A DNA stretch of 64,000 nucleotides from an uncultured Acidobacteriota bacterium (lineage in GTDB: Bacteria; Acidobacteriota; UBA6911; RPQK01; JAPXNP01). The notes below the pieces were generated by a model, which saw only the letters and a program-made list of their open reading frames with translations, was not told the DNA's origin and ran no database searches. The position numbers and the translations under genes were made by a program. Numbering within the stretch: the first letter of the stretch is position 1; each line of letters starts with the position of its first letter. Below are positions 10,313 to 21,073 of this stretch, in pieces. The stretch covers positions 384,001 through 448,000 of the forward strand of contig CAVZRV010000027.1 in the NCBI GenBank assembly GCA_963777605.1, in the 5' to 3' direction.

Positions 10313-11169
10313 CAGGACTCCTTCTCGACCGGTTCCAACTCGCCCAGGCACTCCAGGATCCCTCTCAGGTATCCGATCGCCCGGGCAGCGCACGTCGGCC
10401 CGTCCGGCAAATACTGGAACGGTTCGACCCCGATTACACCGGTATAACCGTTTCGGAGGAGACTTCGCAACAACGGAGTGAATTGGTCGTTTCCCTGCCC
10501 CGGGCCTTTCAGGTTGCGATCGTTGGCATGGACATGCCCGATCAAGTTTACCGGGATCAGGCGATCGCACAACACTTCGGGCGGTTCACTCTCGCATCCA
10601 GCCACCGCTTTGTTGTCGAGCATGGTCCGAAACGAGGGGCGATCCACCCGTTCCACCATTGCGACAGCCTCGCCCAGACTGTTGATGAAATTTGTCTCGG
10701 CACGACTCAGCGGCTCGATGCAGTAGGTGACGCCGGCCGTCGCCGCATGTTCGGCGACCGACTGAAGCAGCTCTCCTGCCCTCTTCTCGACCTCCCCGCG
10801 GTCCTGCCCGTCGGCGATCATGCGCTGTTTCGGAGATCCGTGGACGAGAACCGACCCACCCAGATCGGCACACAGGTCGACCAGTCCTCGCATTACCTCC
10901 AGTGTCTTCTCCCGAACCGAGGAATCGTCCGAAGTAATCGAAAGCCCCTGCGGGGTCACCAGAAGCCAGTGTAGGCCCGTAATCGTGATTCCGGCGTCCT
11001 CCGCCAATCGGCGAAGTTCCGAACGGCAACTGGCGGGAATCCGGTGAGGCTCGTCGGAAAGGGTGAACGGAGCCACCTCAAGACCATCATAGGCGAGTTC
11101 GGACGCCAATCGACACTGGTCCGAGAACTTCAGTTCCCGGACCACTTCATTGCAGAGCGCGATTCTCAT
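10312..11169 (-). CDS. Sugar phosphate isomerase/epimerase (AP-endonuclease-2 TIM barrel, tagatose-3-epimerase-like)
   Basis: YDGLEVAPF, LVHGSPKQR, CIEPL, MLD, HVHAND, GPGQG, VEPF metal-ligand pattern. Confidence 0.88.
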   Translation of the reverse strand: MRIALCNEVVRELKFSDQCRLASELAYDGLEVAPFTLSDEPHRIPASCRSELRRLAEDAGITITGLHWLLVTPQGLSITSDDSSVREKTLEVMRGLVDLCADLGGSVLVHGSPKQRMIADGQDRGEVEKRAGELLQSVAEHAATAGVTYCIEPLSRAETNFINSLGEAVAMVERVDRPSFRTMLDNKAVAGCESEPPEVLCDRLIPVNLIGHVHANDRNLKGPGQGNDQFTPLLRSLLRNGYTGVIGVEPFQYLPDGPTCAARAIGYLRGILECLGELEPVEKES

Positions 11170-11271
11170 GGGCGGTATGCTAGCATGACCTGGCCTGGAT
11201 TTCTCGACACCGATCAGGAGATCGACTGTGGAGATTCAGGCTGGACTGATCTAACATTCCCCCCACAAGCC

Positions 11272-12669
11272 ATGCTGCGAATAAATTGGAAAATCGCGCC
11301 CGACCAAATGACCTCGCCCCTTTCCGGACTCTGGGTACTGTCGCGACAAAAACTACTCGCCCTGGAAGCTCGATACGACTTCTCGAAAGGTGCCCCGGTC
11401 ATCACCAGGGAGGGGCAATACCAGCCCCAGGGCTGGACCGAGTGGACGCTCGGGTTTCACTACGGATCGGCACTCCTCCAGTTCGACGCCACCGGTGAAG
11501 AAGATTTCCTTCAATTGGGCAGGGCGGGCACGGCCGACCGGATGCTCCATCACGTGACTCACATGGGGGTACACGACCACGGGTTCAATGTCGTCAGCAC
11601 TTTCGGGAACCTGCGCAGGCTGGTCCTCGAAAAGCGGATCGACAGTGATCCCTGGGAGCGCCGGTTCTACGAACTGGCTCTGCGAGCCTCGGCTGCGGTG
11701 CAGGCCCGCCGCTGGACGGCTCTTCCTGATGGAGGCTACATCTATTCCTTCAACGGGCCCCACTCCCTGTTCGCCGACACCATCCGTTCCCTCAGGAGCC
11801 TGGCGGTTGGACATCTGCTGGGACACTGTCTGCTCGAAGAAGGAGACCGCAAAGTTTCGCTTCTGGAGCGACTCATCCAGCATGCCCGAACGACCGCCCA
11901 ATACAACGTCTATTACGGAGAGGGCCGGGACGCTTTCGACGTCCGCGGGCGGGTCGCTCATGAGAGTATCTTCAACACCGTTGACGGAAGTTACCGCTGC
12001 CCGTCTACCCATCAGGGCTATTCTCCGCGTTCAACCTGGACGCGGGGGCTGGCCTGGATCATTCTCGGCTATGCCGAAGAATTGGAGTTTCTCGGCTCTC
12101 TGGTTCGCGCCGGCGACGATCGAGTTGCGACGCCGGAGATCGGGCCGGCTATGAAAATGATGGTCCAGGCCGGTCGGGCCGCAGCCGACTTCTTCATCGA
12201 GTCCAGTCCTTCCAATGGCATTCCCTACTGGGACACCGGAGCGCCGGGACTCGAGCACATACCCAACTACCTGGAGCAGCCGGCGGATCCCTTCAACGAC
12301 CACGAGCCGGTGGACAGCTCCGCGGCCGCCATCGCAGCCCAGGGGCTTCTGCGCCTGGGTCACTTCCTGCTGGACTCGGGTGCCCACCATGACGGGCGCC
12401 TTTACTGGCAAGCCGGATTGACCGTGATGACATCGCTTCTGTCCGATCCCTACCTGAGCCGCGATCCGGGCCACGAGGGCTTATTGTTGCACTCGATCTA
12501 CCACCGGCCGAACGGTTGGGACTACGTTCCTGAAGGCCGCCAGTCCCCGTGCGGCGAATCGAGCATGTGGGGCGACTACCACCTTCGCGAGGCAGCCCTT
12601 TATCTTCAGAGGGTTTCCCGTCAGGAGCCTTACTACACATTCTGGGGGGCACAAAACGATGGCGACTAG
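11272..12669 (+). CDS. Glycoside hydrolase family 88-like (unsaturated glucuronyl hydrolase-like) protein
   Basis: WTEWTLGF, HDHGF, FADT, HQGYS..STWTRGLAW, GIPYWD, DSSAAAIAAQGLL, WGDYH. Confidence 0.82.
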   Translation: MLRINWKIAPDQMTSPLSGLWVLSRQKLLALEARYDFSKGAPVITREGQYQPQGWTEWTLGFHYGSALLQFDATGEEDFLQLGRAGTADRMLHHVTHMGVHDHGFNVVSTFGNLRRLVLEKRIDSDPWERRFYELALRASAAVQARRWTALPDGGYIYSFNGPHSLFADTIRSLRSLAVGHLLGHCLLEEGDRKVSLLERLIQHARTTAQYNVYYGEGRDAFDVRGRVAHESIFNTVDGSYRCPSTHQGYSPRSTWTRGLAWIILGYAEELEFLGSLVRAGDDRVATPEIGPAMKMMVQAGRAAADFFIESSPSNGIPYWDTGAPGLEHIPNYLEQPADPFNDHEPVDSSAAAIAAQGLLRLGHFLLDSGAHHDGRLYWQAGLTVMTSLLSDPYLSRDPGHEGLLLHSIYHRPNGWDYVPEGRQSPCGESSMWGDYHLREAALYLQRVSRQEPYYTFWGAQNDGD

Positions 12670-13441
12670 TTCGAGACGGGTAGCGCTATTGACTGGCGGC
12701 ACCCGGGGCATCGGACTCGGAATTGCCCGATGTCTCGCCAGCGCCGGGTTCGATCTGGCACTTTGCGGTCGCCGACCGGCTAAAGAGATCGAATCCGTGC
12801 TCGCGGAGCTGAACGGGAAGAGCTGTGACGCCGCCTACTTTCGTGCCGACATCTCCGAACCCGACGAACGTGTACGGCTCCTCGAAGAGGTCCGGGAACG
12901 CTTCGGCCAACTCCACGTACTGGTCAATAATGCGGGTGTCGCCCCGCGAGAGCGGAATGACCTGCTCGACGCCACAGAAGAGAGCTTTGACTGGGTCCTT
13001 CGGGTTAATCTCCGGGGTCCCTACTTCCTTACCCAGGGCGCCGCGCGATGGATGATCGAGCAGAAACGATCGGATACGGACTTTGAAGGTTGCGTAATTT
13101 TCGTCTCGTCGGTTTCTGCGACGGTCGCCTCCACGAATCGCGGCGAATACTGCATTTCCAAGGCGGGAGTGGCGATGGCAGCCCAACTTTGGGCTGTCCG
13201 CCTGAGCGAATTCGGCATACCGGTCTTCGAGATTCGTCCCGGGATCATCGCAACCGACATGACTGCGGGCGTCCGGTCCAAGTATGACCGAATGATCGAG
13301 GACGGGCTCCTGCTTCAGGCCCGATGGGGAACGCCAGACGACGTCGGCAAAGCCGTTCGGGCCCTCGCCACCGGGGAGTTCCCCTACTCAACTGGCCAGG
13401 TCATCATGATTGACGGAGGAATGCTGGTCGATCGGCTGTGA
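12659..13441 (+). CDS. Short-chain dehydrogenase/reductase (3-ketoacyl-ACP reductase-like, sugar-cluster type)
   Basis: TGGTRGIG, NNAG, YCISK, RPGII.TDMT. Confidence 0.9.
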   Translation: MATSSRRVALLTGGTRGIGLGIARCLASAGFDLALCGRRPAKEIESVLAELNGKSCDAAYFRADISEPDERVRLLEEVRERFGQLHVLVNNAGVAPRERNDLLDATEESFDWVLRVNLRGPYFLTQGAARWMIEQKRSDTDFEGCVIFVSSVSATVASTNRGEYCISKAGVAMAAQLWAVRLSEFGIPVFEIRPGIIATDMTAGVRSKYDRMIEDGLLLQARWGTPDDVGKAVRALATGEFPYSTGQVIMIDGGMLVDRL

Positions 13442-13463
13442 GCAGCGCCGATAACCCTCTCTC

Positions 13464-15083
13464 TCAGTCGTAGGCATTCCACTCCTTGAGCAAGTCACCA
13501 CCGACCGTGAGCAGGCGTACGGTCGAAGGACGGCCGGGTGCACAACCCTCCCCGACAACCAACTCGTCCGTTCCGTCCCGATTCAGGTCAACAGCCGCCA
13601 GGTTGGCCCCGGCTGCCCCCGGGTCGGTGAAAGCGACAAAGTCCCTCACCAGCTGCCAGGGTTCTTTGTCACGGAAGATCCGAATCCAGGGAGGGTATCC
13701 GATCAAAGGACCCGGCGCGACAGCGATGAAGTCGCTCCCGTCAAGGGCGACTACCGCCAGGTTGAGGCCATAGGTTGTGGGGAATGTCTCTCTCCGCGCA
13801 ACTCCGGAAGGGCTCCAGACCACAAAGTCAGAAGGATTCACCGCAATCGGCGCTCCCCACGCGAGCAAATCCGCAGACACGGAAGGTCTGCAGTCGAGCG
13901 GCAGTGGAAGCAACTGGATTCCGTTCCTGAAACCGGTGTTGGGAGAGAGGTTCCATTCTTCCAGGACAGTACCGGTCGGCGAAAAGGAGGCACCCTTGGC
14001 CGGCGATTCCGGTCCGGGCCCCGCTCCAAGAAAAATCTTACCGCAACGAACCGAGACGGATGCTCCGAAAACCTGCGGGAGGTTGGAAGCCAAGAACTCG
14101 GATTCCAGCCTCCCGTCCAGGCTGAACACCCGCACCAGCGGAGGGTTGGATTCACCAGGCCCGGGGACTGCTACCACCTCATCCCCGGCACCGAAGCCGA
14201 CGTCACCGACAGCAATGCGGCCGGAAAAGCCGAATTCGGGGAACGCGGTCCACTCGTTGAGAAGCGTGCCCGACGGATCGAAAACGCGCACCAGCGACGA
14301 GCGGCCCCGCTCAGGGCCGGGCAAGGTCACGATAACAGCCTCTCCGCTGCCGCTGTAGCCCGCCGCAACCTGGACCCCGTCGCCGTAGCTCTCGAAACGA
14401 AAACCGGGGCGCCCCACGCTGAAGCTTCCGAGCATTCCCTGTTTAAAGAAAACCGCCAGCAGGATGCCGAGAACCGCCTGGGATGCCCAGGACGCAAAGA
14501 GGTTGGGGACCCGCACGAAAAGCAGACACCAGCAAAACCCGGCCACCAGCGACAGGATGACCAGGTTTCCGTTCGGCCAGTGCAGCAGGGCGAAGATGAG
14601 CGCTGCCGAGGCAGCTGCGAGTACGGTGGGCAACGAGAGCCGTCTGCCTGAGAACCCGGCACCGGCCTCCATCAGCTCTTCGACATCGGGCTTGATCGAA
14701 CCAAAGACCGTCTCGAAGCGAAGGCGGAGGAAGTTCTGCAGGAGGTACTGCTGTATGCCGGCCCAGACCGGGTAAGAGAGCAACCCTTCCACCTCGCCGG
14801 GCCGCCGACCGAGGATCGCCCCAGCCGTCAGGATCAGCGCCGCCGCCCCGACAGTGAACAGGCCGAAACTGCGAAAGGCCTCCCGCCAGTTCCCGGAGCC
14901 GAGGCCCAGTTGCCACTTCGAATCACCAAAGTACCAGTGGCACCAACCCACCGTGATCATGCAGAAGACATAGGTCAGGGCAAGGAATGCAGTATGGTCG
15001 TACGCCAACCTTCCCCACCACAGATAGGAAAATAGGCTGGCGACAAAAATCAGGATCGCAGATCCGGCGACAAACCTCTGCAT
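13464..15083 (-). CDS. CPBP/Abi (CAAX)-like membrane domain fused to an FG-GAP-like repeat domain
   Basis: Multiple TM helices with QQYLLQNF and IFALLHWPN; soluble C-terminal half with repeated GPG..(P)LVRVF, AVGDVG..GDEVV and AAVDLNRDGTDELVVG motifs. Confidence 0.75.
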   Translation of the reverse strand: MQRFVAGSAILIFVASLFSYLWWGRLAYDHTAFLALTYVFCMITVGWCHWYFGDSKWQLGLGSGNWREAFRSFGLFTVGAAALILTAGAILGRRPGEVEGLLSYPVWAGIQQYLLQNFLRLRFETVFGSIKPDVEELMEAGAGFSGRRLSLPTVLAAASAALIFALLHWPNGNLVILSLVAGFCWCLLFVRVPNLFASWASQAVLGILLAVFFKQGMLGSFSVGRPGFRFESYGDGVQVAAGYSGSGEAVIVTLPGPERGRSSLVRVFDPSGTLLNEWTAFPEFGFSGRIAVGDVGFGAGDEVVAVPGPGESNPPLVRVFSLDGRLESEFLASNLPQVFGASVSVRCGKIFLGAGPGPESPAKGASFSPTGTVLEEWNLSPNTGFRNGIQLLPLPLDCRPSVSADLLAWGAPIAVNPSDFVVWSPSGVARRETFPTTYGLNLAVVALDGSDFIAVAPGPLIGYPPWIRIFRDKEPWQLVRDFVAFTDPGAAGANLAAVDLNRDGTDELVVGEGCAPGRPSTVRLLTVGGDLLKEWNAYD

Positions 15084-15232
15084 CGACAACCTTTGCTCTG
15101 CGCGGCGTCATCTACACGGACAACGCCTGCTTCAATTCCATCGGCCGCCCGCCCGCGGGCAGCGCCGGTGTCGTAACGCGGTATCATTGTAGAGTCTTAT
15201 CTGGAATAGTTGCATCCACCTGGGGGAAATCG

Positions 15233-16129
15233 TTGGTAGCGTTTCCGAACAGCACCGCGTTGAAAGCGTGGACGATTGTGCTTCTCTTCGTCCTGACTAC
15301 CGGCAGTCAGGGGTGGTTATGGGCCGCGCCGGCATCGACTCCACGGCGCATCGTGTCCACGGCGCCGAGCATTACCGAGATGATCTACGCGCTGAGAGCG
15401 GATGAACTCCTCGTGGGTGTGACGAGCTACTGTGACTACCCTCCCGAGGCGCAATCCAAGACCATAATCGGGGATTTCGCTTCACCCAATGTCGAGACCG
15501 TCCTGAAACTGCGTCCGGACCTGGTCGTCGTGCTGTCAGACCGCGACGACGTTCTGAACAAGCTTTCCCCGTTTCACGTCCCGACGCTGGTTCTGCGTCA
15601 GGAGACTCTCGACGATGTCTTCCAATCGCTGAGAACGCTGGGCGCCGCCATCGGCCGCGCTGAACAGGCAGAACTTCTTTCGCGCAGCCTCGCCGACCAA
15701 CTCAGCCGGATTGCCAGTTCGGCGGAAGCGAAAATACACCCCAGTGTCTTCTTTGTAGTCAGCCGTGATGTAGGCGCGCTGACGGGCCTTTACAGCGTCG
15801 GGAAAGGGAGCTACATCGACCAGTTGATTGAAATCGCCGGAGGAAAGAACGTTTTGGGGCCCTTGTCCGCCGCCTACCCAAAGGTGTCGGTTGAAGAGGT
15901 TCTGGCCCGCAATCCGGACATAATCGTTGACATGTCCCACGGCGGTGGCACCTCGCCGGAACAGATTCAGAGGGTAAAGTCCATTTGGTCCGCCCTGGAC
16001 ACCGTCTCGGCCGTCCGAAACAATCGTGTCTACGTCCTCGACAGCGACGTGTTCATCGTCCCGGGGCCCCGCGTGGTGGAGGCCGCAGCCCGGTTGGATC
16101 AAGTTTTTCACGAATCGCATGAACGCTGA
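15233..16129 (+). CDS. BtuF-like cobalamin/iron-complex ABC substrate-binding protein
   Basis: PRRIVSTAPSITEMIYAL, VGVTSYCDYP, PNVETVLKLRPDLV, AGGKNV, PGPRVVEA. TTG start inferred from a G-rich SD. Confidence 0.88.
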   Translation: MVAFPNSTALKAWTIVLLFVLTTGSQGWLWAAPASTPRRIVSTAPSITEMIYALRADELLVGVTSYCDYPPEAQSKTIIGDFASPNVETVLKLRPDLVVVLSDRDDVLNKLSPFHVPTLVLRQETLDDVFQSLRTLGAAIGRAEQAELLSRSLADQLSRIASSAEAKIHPSVFFVVSRDVGALTGLYSVGKGSYIDQLIEIAGGKNVLGPLSAAYPKVSVEEVLARNPDIIVDMSHGGGTSPEQIQRVKSIWSALDTVSAVRNNRVYVLDSDVFIVPGPRVVEAAARLDQVFHESHER

Positions 16130-16925
16130 ATCCGCTCCCTCAGAAGTCTATTCTGTCCGCTCGCTGGGTCATCGCTTCGACGCCATCGAAGTCCTCAGAG
16201 ACATCACGTTTTCCGTGGTGGAAGGAGAGATTGTCGGGCTGGTCGGCCCCAATGGTGCCGGCAAGACCACTCTCCTTCGGATCCTCTGCGGCCTGTTGCG
16301 GGGATGGACCGGTGAACTGGACTTCATGGCCCGCCCAATTCGCAACTGGGACCGCCAGGCCTTCGCCCGGGTCGTCGCGTACCTTCCCCAGCAGACTCGA
16401 ATCGCCTTCCCGTATACCGTGCGCGAGATCGTCCTGATGGGACGATTGCCCCACCAGGATGGAAGCTTCTTCGAAAGCAGGACCGACCACGCGAGAGTTG
16501 AAGAAGTTCTCGAACTGACCGGCTGTTCCCACCTGGCTTCCCGTTACTTCCAGGACTTGAGCGGTGGGGAACAACAACTCGTCAGCCTGGCCAGCGCCCT
16601 GGCGCAGGATCCTTCCGTCCTCCTGCTCGACGAGCCGACCGTCTTCCTGGATCTGAAGCACCAGTTGCAAATCTACCAGATCCTCCGCCGGCTCCAACAG
16701 GTCAACCGGATGACTCTGATTATCGTCACCCACGACCTGAGCCTGGCACAGTCATTCTGCCGTCGCCTGCTCTTTTTGAAAAAGGGAAACATCCTCGCCG
16801 ACTTGAGTTCGGATTCCGCTCCAATCAAGATAGGTCCGCAGTTGATCGAAGAGGTTTTCGACGTGAAAGCAACTGTGCTTGGTGGGGGCGAAAACCCTCG
16901 CATCGAGCTTCGCTTTGGGCAATGA
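16119..16925 (+). CDS. ABC transporter ATP-binding protein (FecE/BtuD family)
   Basis: GPNGAGKTT, LSGGEQQ, LLLDEPT, VTHD. Confidence 0.92.
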   Translation: MNAESAPSEVYSVRSLGHRFDAIEVLRDITFSVVEGEIVGLVGPNGAGKTTLLRILCGLLRGWTGELDFMARPIRNWDRQAFARVVAYLPQQTRIAFPYTVREIVLMGRLPHQDGSFFESRTDHARVEEVLELTGCSHLASRYFQDLSGGEQQLVSLASALAQDPSVLLLDEPTVFLDLKHQLQIYQILRRLQQVNRMTLIIVTHDLSLAQSFCRRLLFLKKGNILADLSSDSAPIKIGPQLIEEVFDVKATVLGGGENPRIELRFGQ

Positions 16926-16967
16926 ACGGAATCGGTTCGAAAAGGGCGATCGAGAGGGGAACCTGCG

Positions 16968-17993
16968 GTGTCGGCAGTCTTGAGATCTGACCACCTGACG
17001 AAATCACGATTTCTGCTGATCGTTGGCGGATCTCTGCTGATCTGCCTGGCGGTCGCCTTGCTGGCGCCTTTCTTCGGCCCCATTGGGGTCAGCATCTGGA
17101 CCGCACTTTCCGACCCGGCGAGCCTGGATCACCAGATTATCTTCCGGGCCCGCATGCCGAGGATCCTCTTTGCGATGCTGGTCGGCGGGGTGCTGGCTTC
17201 CTCCGGAGTCGTCTTCCAGGCGATTCTCAGGAACCCTCTTGCGAGCCCGTTCACCCTGGGAGTTTCTGGGGGTGCCTCCCTGGGAGCTGTCGTAGCGATC
17301 CTCCTGGGGCTCGAAACCACGTTCTACGGATTCGGGTTTCTGCCGTTAGCATCGTTTGCCGGAGCCCTGATCGTGGTTCTCGTAGTCTACGGGCTCTCCC
17401 GTTCGAGGCATCACGTGTCTCCTCTGACGCTGCTGCTGGCCGGGGTCGTGCTGAACTACATCTGTGCAGGACTGATCCTCCTGATTCACTACTTTTCCAA
17501 CTTCACCAAGTCGTTCCTGATGACGCGCTGGATGATGGGTGGACTCGACGTCTACGACTATTCGGTCTTTGCGGGCCTGAGCCCCTTCCTGATCATCGGC
17601 TTTCCGATCCTCCTCTACTCTTCCCGACACCTCAATGTGTTGAGCGCCGGCGAGGATTGGGCAACGGTCCGCGGTGTTGACGTGCACAGGTTGATTACGC
17701 TTCAGTACTTTGCGACCTCACTACTGACGGGCGCGGTGATCGCCTACAGTGGGCCGGTGGGTTTTGTTGGCCTCATCGTTCCCCACGTCCTCCGAATTAT
17801 CCTGGGAGCCGACCACCGCGTCCTTCTTCCCGCGTCGGTCTTCCTGGGGGGAGCTTTCTTGATCGCGTGCGACACCGTCGCACGTACGATTCTGGCCCCC
17901 ACGGAAATTCCGGTCGGCATCCTGACATCCATCCTGGGAGGTCCGTTCTTTCTCTGGCTCCTGCTGAAGAGGCGGCAGGAGTTCTTCTTTTGA
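16968..17993 (+). CDS. ABC transporter permease (FecCD/BtuC family)
   Basis: RMPRIL, FQAILRNPLASPFTLGVSGGA, GFVGLIVPH, EIPVGILT..LGGPFF. Confidence 0.92.
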   Translation: MSAVLRSDHLTKSRFLLIVGGSLLICLAVALLAPFFGPIGVSIWTALSDPASLDHQIIFRARMPRILFAMLVGGVLASSGVVFQAILRNPLASPFTLGVSGGASLGAVVAILLGLETTFYGFGFLPLASFAGALIVVLVVYGLSRSRHHVSPLTLLLAGVVLNYICAGLILLIHYFSNFTKSFLMTRWMMGGLDVYDYSVFAGLSPFLIIGFPILLYSSRHLNVLSAGEDWATVRGVDVHRLITLQYFATSLLTGAVIAYSGPVGFVGLIVPHVLRIILGADHRVLLPASVFLGGAFLIACDTVARTILAPTEIPVGILTSILGGPFFLWLLLKRRQEFFF

Positions 17994-18098
17994 CCCGGCA
18001 AAAACCAAAGGGAAGAGTCTTGAACGGGCAGTCTGTTGCCGATCATTCAGGTACACTACAAGAAAAAATCACAGGGACCGATTTTTGAGAACTTGTCA

Positions 18099-19728
18099 AT
18101 GAAGTATTCATCACACAAGGTGTTCCAGACCGGCGGACTGGCTGCACTGGCCTTTCTCCTGCTCGGAAGTGCGGACCCGCTGGACACTCACCTGGTGGAG
18201 TCCATTACCGCTCACGAGTTGAAATCGATTGTCTACTTTCTGGCCTCGGACGCCATGAAGGGGCGCGACACCGGGACCGAAACCAACCAGATCGCTGCCG
18301 AGTACCTGGCGCACCAACTGGATCTCCTCGAGTTGAATCCGATGGGGCCGGCAGACCGTTATCTGGAACCATTCAAGCTGGTTCGCGGTACCCTGGAGGA
18401 AGGCAACCAGCTCGAACTGGTCGGACAACACCGAAGCGGACAGGAGGCCCGGATTCTGCAGGATTTCTACCCGTCCTCGCTGAGCGCCTCCGGCACGGCT
18501 TCGGGAGACCTGGAGTTTGTGGGTTACGGCATCAGCGCTCCCGAACTGGGCTACGACGATTTTGATGGGGTCGATCTTTCCGGCAAGGTAGCAGTCATGA
18601 TGATCGGGGCACCCAACCCCGATGACTCCGATTCCGGATTCGATGAATTCAGTGCAACGGAATCCGGCCGCGAACTAAAGAAGATTCTCGCAGCCCAGCA
18701 GCACGGAGCCAGGGCGGTGATTCTGTTCTCACCGGGGCGAGCAGGATCCCTCTATCGCCAGGCCCGCCACCGTTGGCCCGAGAATCCTGGAGCCGGCGGA
18801 TTCACCCTGGCCTATGAAGTGTCCCGGGTGAACATCCCGGTTCTCTACGCAAGCAGGGACATTCTCGAGTCAACCGCCGGAGTCAACTTCAAAGTGCTCA
18901 AGGAGGAAATGGACAAGAGGCTGGCTCCTGCCAGCAGACCGCTGGGCGCCTCCGCCCGAATCCACACCTCGATCGGTCGGACAGCGGTCGAGGCAAACAA
19001 TGTGGTCGGAGCAATCCCGGGGTCCGATCCTCTTCTCCGCCACGAATGGGTCATCGTGAGCGCGCACTTCGATCACGTGGGAACCTCCGGCGATGCCATC
19101 TTCAACGGCGCCGACGACGACGCCAGCGGGACATCTGGAGTACTCGAAATAGCCGAGGCATTTACCAAGAGCCCCGCACGACCTCGCCGTTCCGTTCTTT
19201 TCGCCTTCTGGAACGCGGAAGAGCAGGGTCTGCTGGGATCGCGTTACTTTGTTGAGTCCGCCCCCATTTCCACAGCAATGGTCCGGACCGTGGTCCAACT
19301 CGACATGATCGGCCGGGACCAGGAGGTAGACAACCCCGAAGACTCCCGTTTCGGCGGAATGCGGAGGCAGACGGCAGAAGAAAACCGGGACACGGTTAAT
19401 GTGATCGGCTACAGCCGAAGCCATGACATTCAGGAATTTGGTCGAAAGGGCCAACCAGCCGATCGGGCTCCGGCTGTTGTACGAAATGGACGACAATCCC
19501 CTCAACCTGATACGACGTAGCGATTCCTGGCCGTTCCTGGCCCACGGAGTCCCGTCGGTCTTCTTCACGACTGGGCTCCATCCCGACTATCACACGCCGG
19601 AGGACCGTCCGGAGAAACTTGATTATCCGAAAATGGAGCGAGTCACCCGACTGGCCTTCCTGACCGCCTGGGATGCAGCTAACTCGGACCGGCCGATCAA
19701 GCTGGAACCGATCGGAGCCGCACGGTGA
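18099..19728 (+). CDS. M28 family aminopeptidase with PA domain, split by one frameshift near 19437
   Basis: FLASDAMKGR, FVGYGI (PA domain), SAHFDHVG, NGADDDASG, AEEQGLLGS, LDMIGR; continues in ORF 19423..19728 with RSDSWPF..GVP..DYHTPED. Confidence 0.88.
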
Positions 19729-20219
19729 GCTCAGAGCAGACGGCGGATGCACTTCTGAAACAGGCCATCTTTCTCTTGAAGGAGGACTTTCAGCCCCGCC
19801 TTCGCACTGCTGTCGAACAGTTGTCCGAAGAGCAAGTCTGGTGGAGACCCAATCAGCGCTCCAACAGTGTCGGCAACCTCATCCTCCACCTCTGCGGCAA
19901 CATCCGTCAGTGGATCGTCGCCGGCGTGGGAAATGAGCTGGACCGTCGCCAGCGAGACCTCGAGTTTACCCACGATGGCCCGCTCAGCCGGACCGAACTC
20001 CTTGAACGGCTCGAATCGACCGTCCGTGAAGCATGTCACGTGCTCGAAGGTTTCGATCGCAACCAGGTCAATGAGAAGAGGCATATCCAGGTTTACGAAG
20101 TGTCTGTGGTCCAGGCAGTCATGCACGTGGTCGAGCATTTCAGCTACCATCTGGGCCAGGTTGTTTACGTGACCAAGATGCTTGCTGACGTGGATCTCAA
20201 GTTCTACAAAGGCCTGTAG
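19725..20219 (+). CDS. DinB/DUF1572 family protein
   Basis: WWRPN..SNSVGNLILHLCGN, RQRDLEF, HVVEHFSYHLGQ. Confidence 0.85.
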   Translation: MSSEQTADALLKQAIFLLKEDFQPRLRTAVEQLSEEQVWWRPNQRSNSVGNLILHLCGNIRQWIVAGVGNELDRRQRDLEFTHDGPLSRTELLERLESTVREACHVLEGFDRNQVNEKRHIQVYEVSVVQAVMHVVEHFSYHLGQVVYVTKMLADVDLKFYKGL

Positions 20220-20450
20220 GCAGACCTCCACGATACGCGAGCTCAGTGGTGTGGTCTCCGTTCGCACCAACCTTTTCCTCTCCGGCGACCGCTCCTGTGT
20301 CCGCGGTACCCAGCGGTGCGCTCCCGAACTGGGATTGTTGTCAAAAAATGTGGCCGTATTTCGACGTTGCGGAAGCGGCTCAGTCGCAGCTTTCCCATGG
20401 CTTTGTCCAAACCTGTACAATCGCTGCAACAAGACACTGGAGGCGATCTA

Positions 20451-20876
20451 ATGAAGAAAATGTTCCTTCTTGGCGTGGCGATGCTGTTCGCAATGCCCCT
20501 TGGATTCGGAGCAGGAGCGGACGAACCGGTCTCGGTGGCCTATTTCTACACGGTGAAATGGGGTTACCAGCAGGAGTTTCTCAGCCTGTTCGCTAAGAAC
20601 CACTACCCCGTTCTCAAAGAACAGGTGAAATCCGGACGGATTCTGGACATCAAGACCTACGAACCCACCTTTCATGGTGATGGAAGGGCGGACTGGACCT
20701 TCATGGTGGTCCTGACCTTCAAGAACTGGCAGGTTCTTTCCGATGCCTCCGAAGAAGAGGCCATCAAGCTTCGCCTTTATCCGGACCAGGCGGCGTTTCT
20801 CAAGGAAGAGCAGCGGCGCTTCGAGATTCTGGAAGCTCACTGGGACGTACCTCTCAAGCCGGCTGCACTGCACTGA
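20451..20876 (+). CDS. Hypothetical secreted protein (possibly dimeric alpha+beta barrel)
   Basis: GGAGG SD; signal peptide MKKMFLLGVAMLFAMPLGFG; YTVKWGYQQEFL.LF.KNHYP...RRFEILEAHWD. Confidence 0.75.
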   Translation: MKKMFLLGVAMLFAMPLGFGAGADEPVSVAYFYTVKWGYQQEFLSLFAKNHYPVLKEQVKSGRILDIKTYEPTFHGDGRADWTFMVVLTFKNWQVLSDASEEEAIKLRLYPDQAAFLKEEQRRFEILEAHWDVPLKPAALH

Positions 20877-21073
20877 TGCCAGGGGAACCGGAAGACCAGG
20901 AATTCCAGGCCGCTCGTGTTTTGTTTCGGTTGGGTGACAAACCAACCCCGGGAAATCCAGTTTCGTATAACAGGTTGGAGCCGGAACGAGAGAACATCGC
21001 GGCGGGATGTGACATTCCGCGCCCGACCTGGTGCAGCCGCGGCGAGGGACGTCGCTCAATCGGAGGATAGCCA

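Noticed and set aside
15090-15232. Cobalamin riboswitch or Fur box upstream of the Btu-like transporter
   Set aside because: No B12-box (GGGAA...GCCACTG) or Fur-like palindrome is visible, so the substrate remains unassigned.
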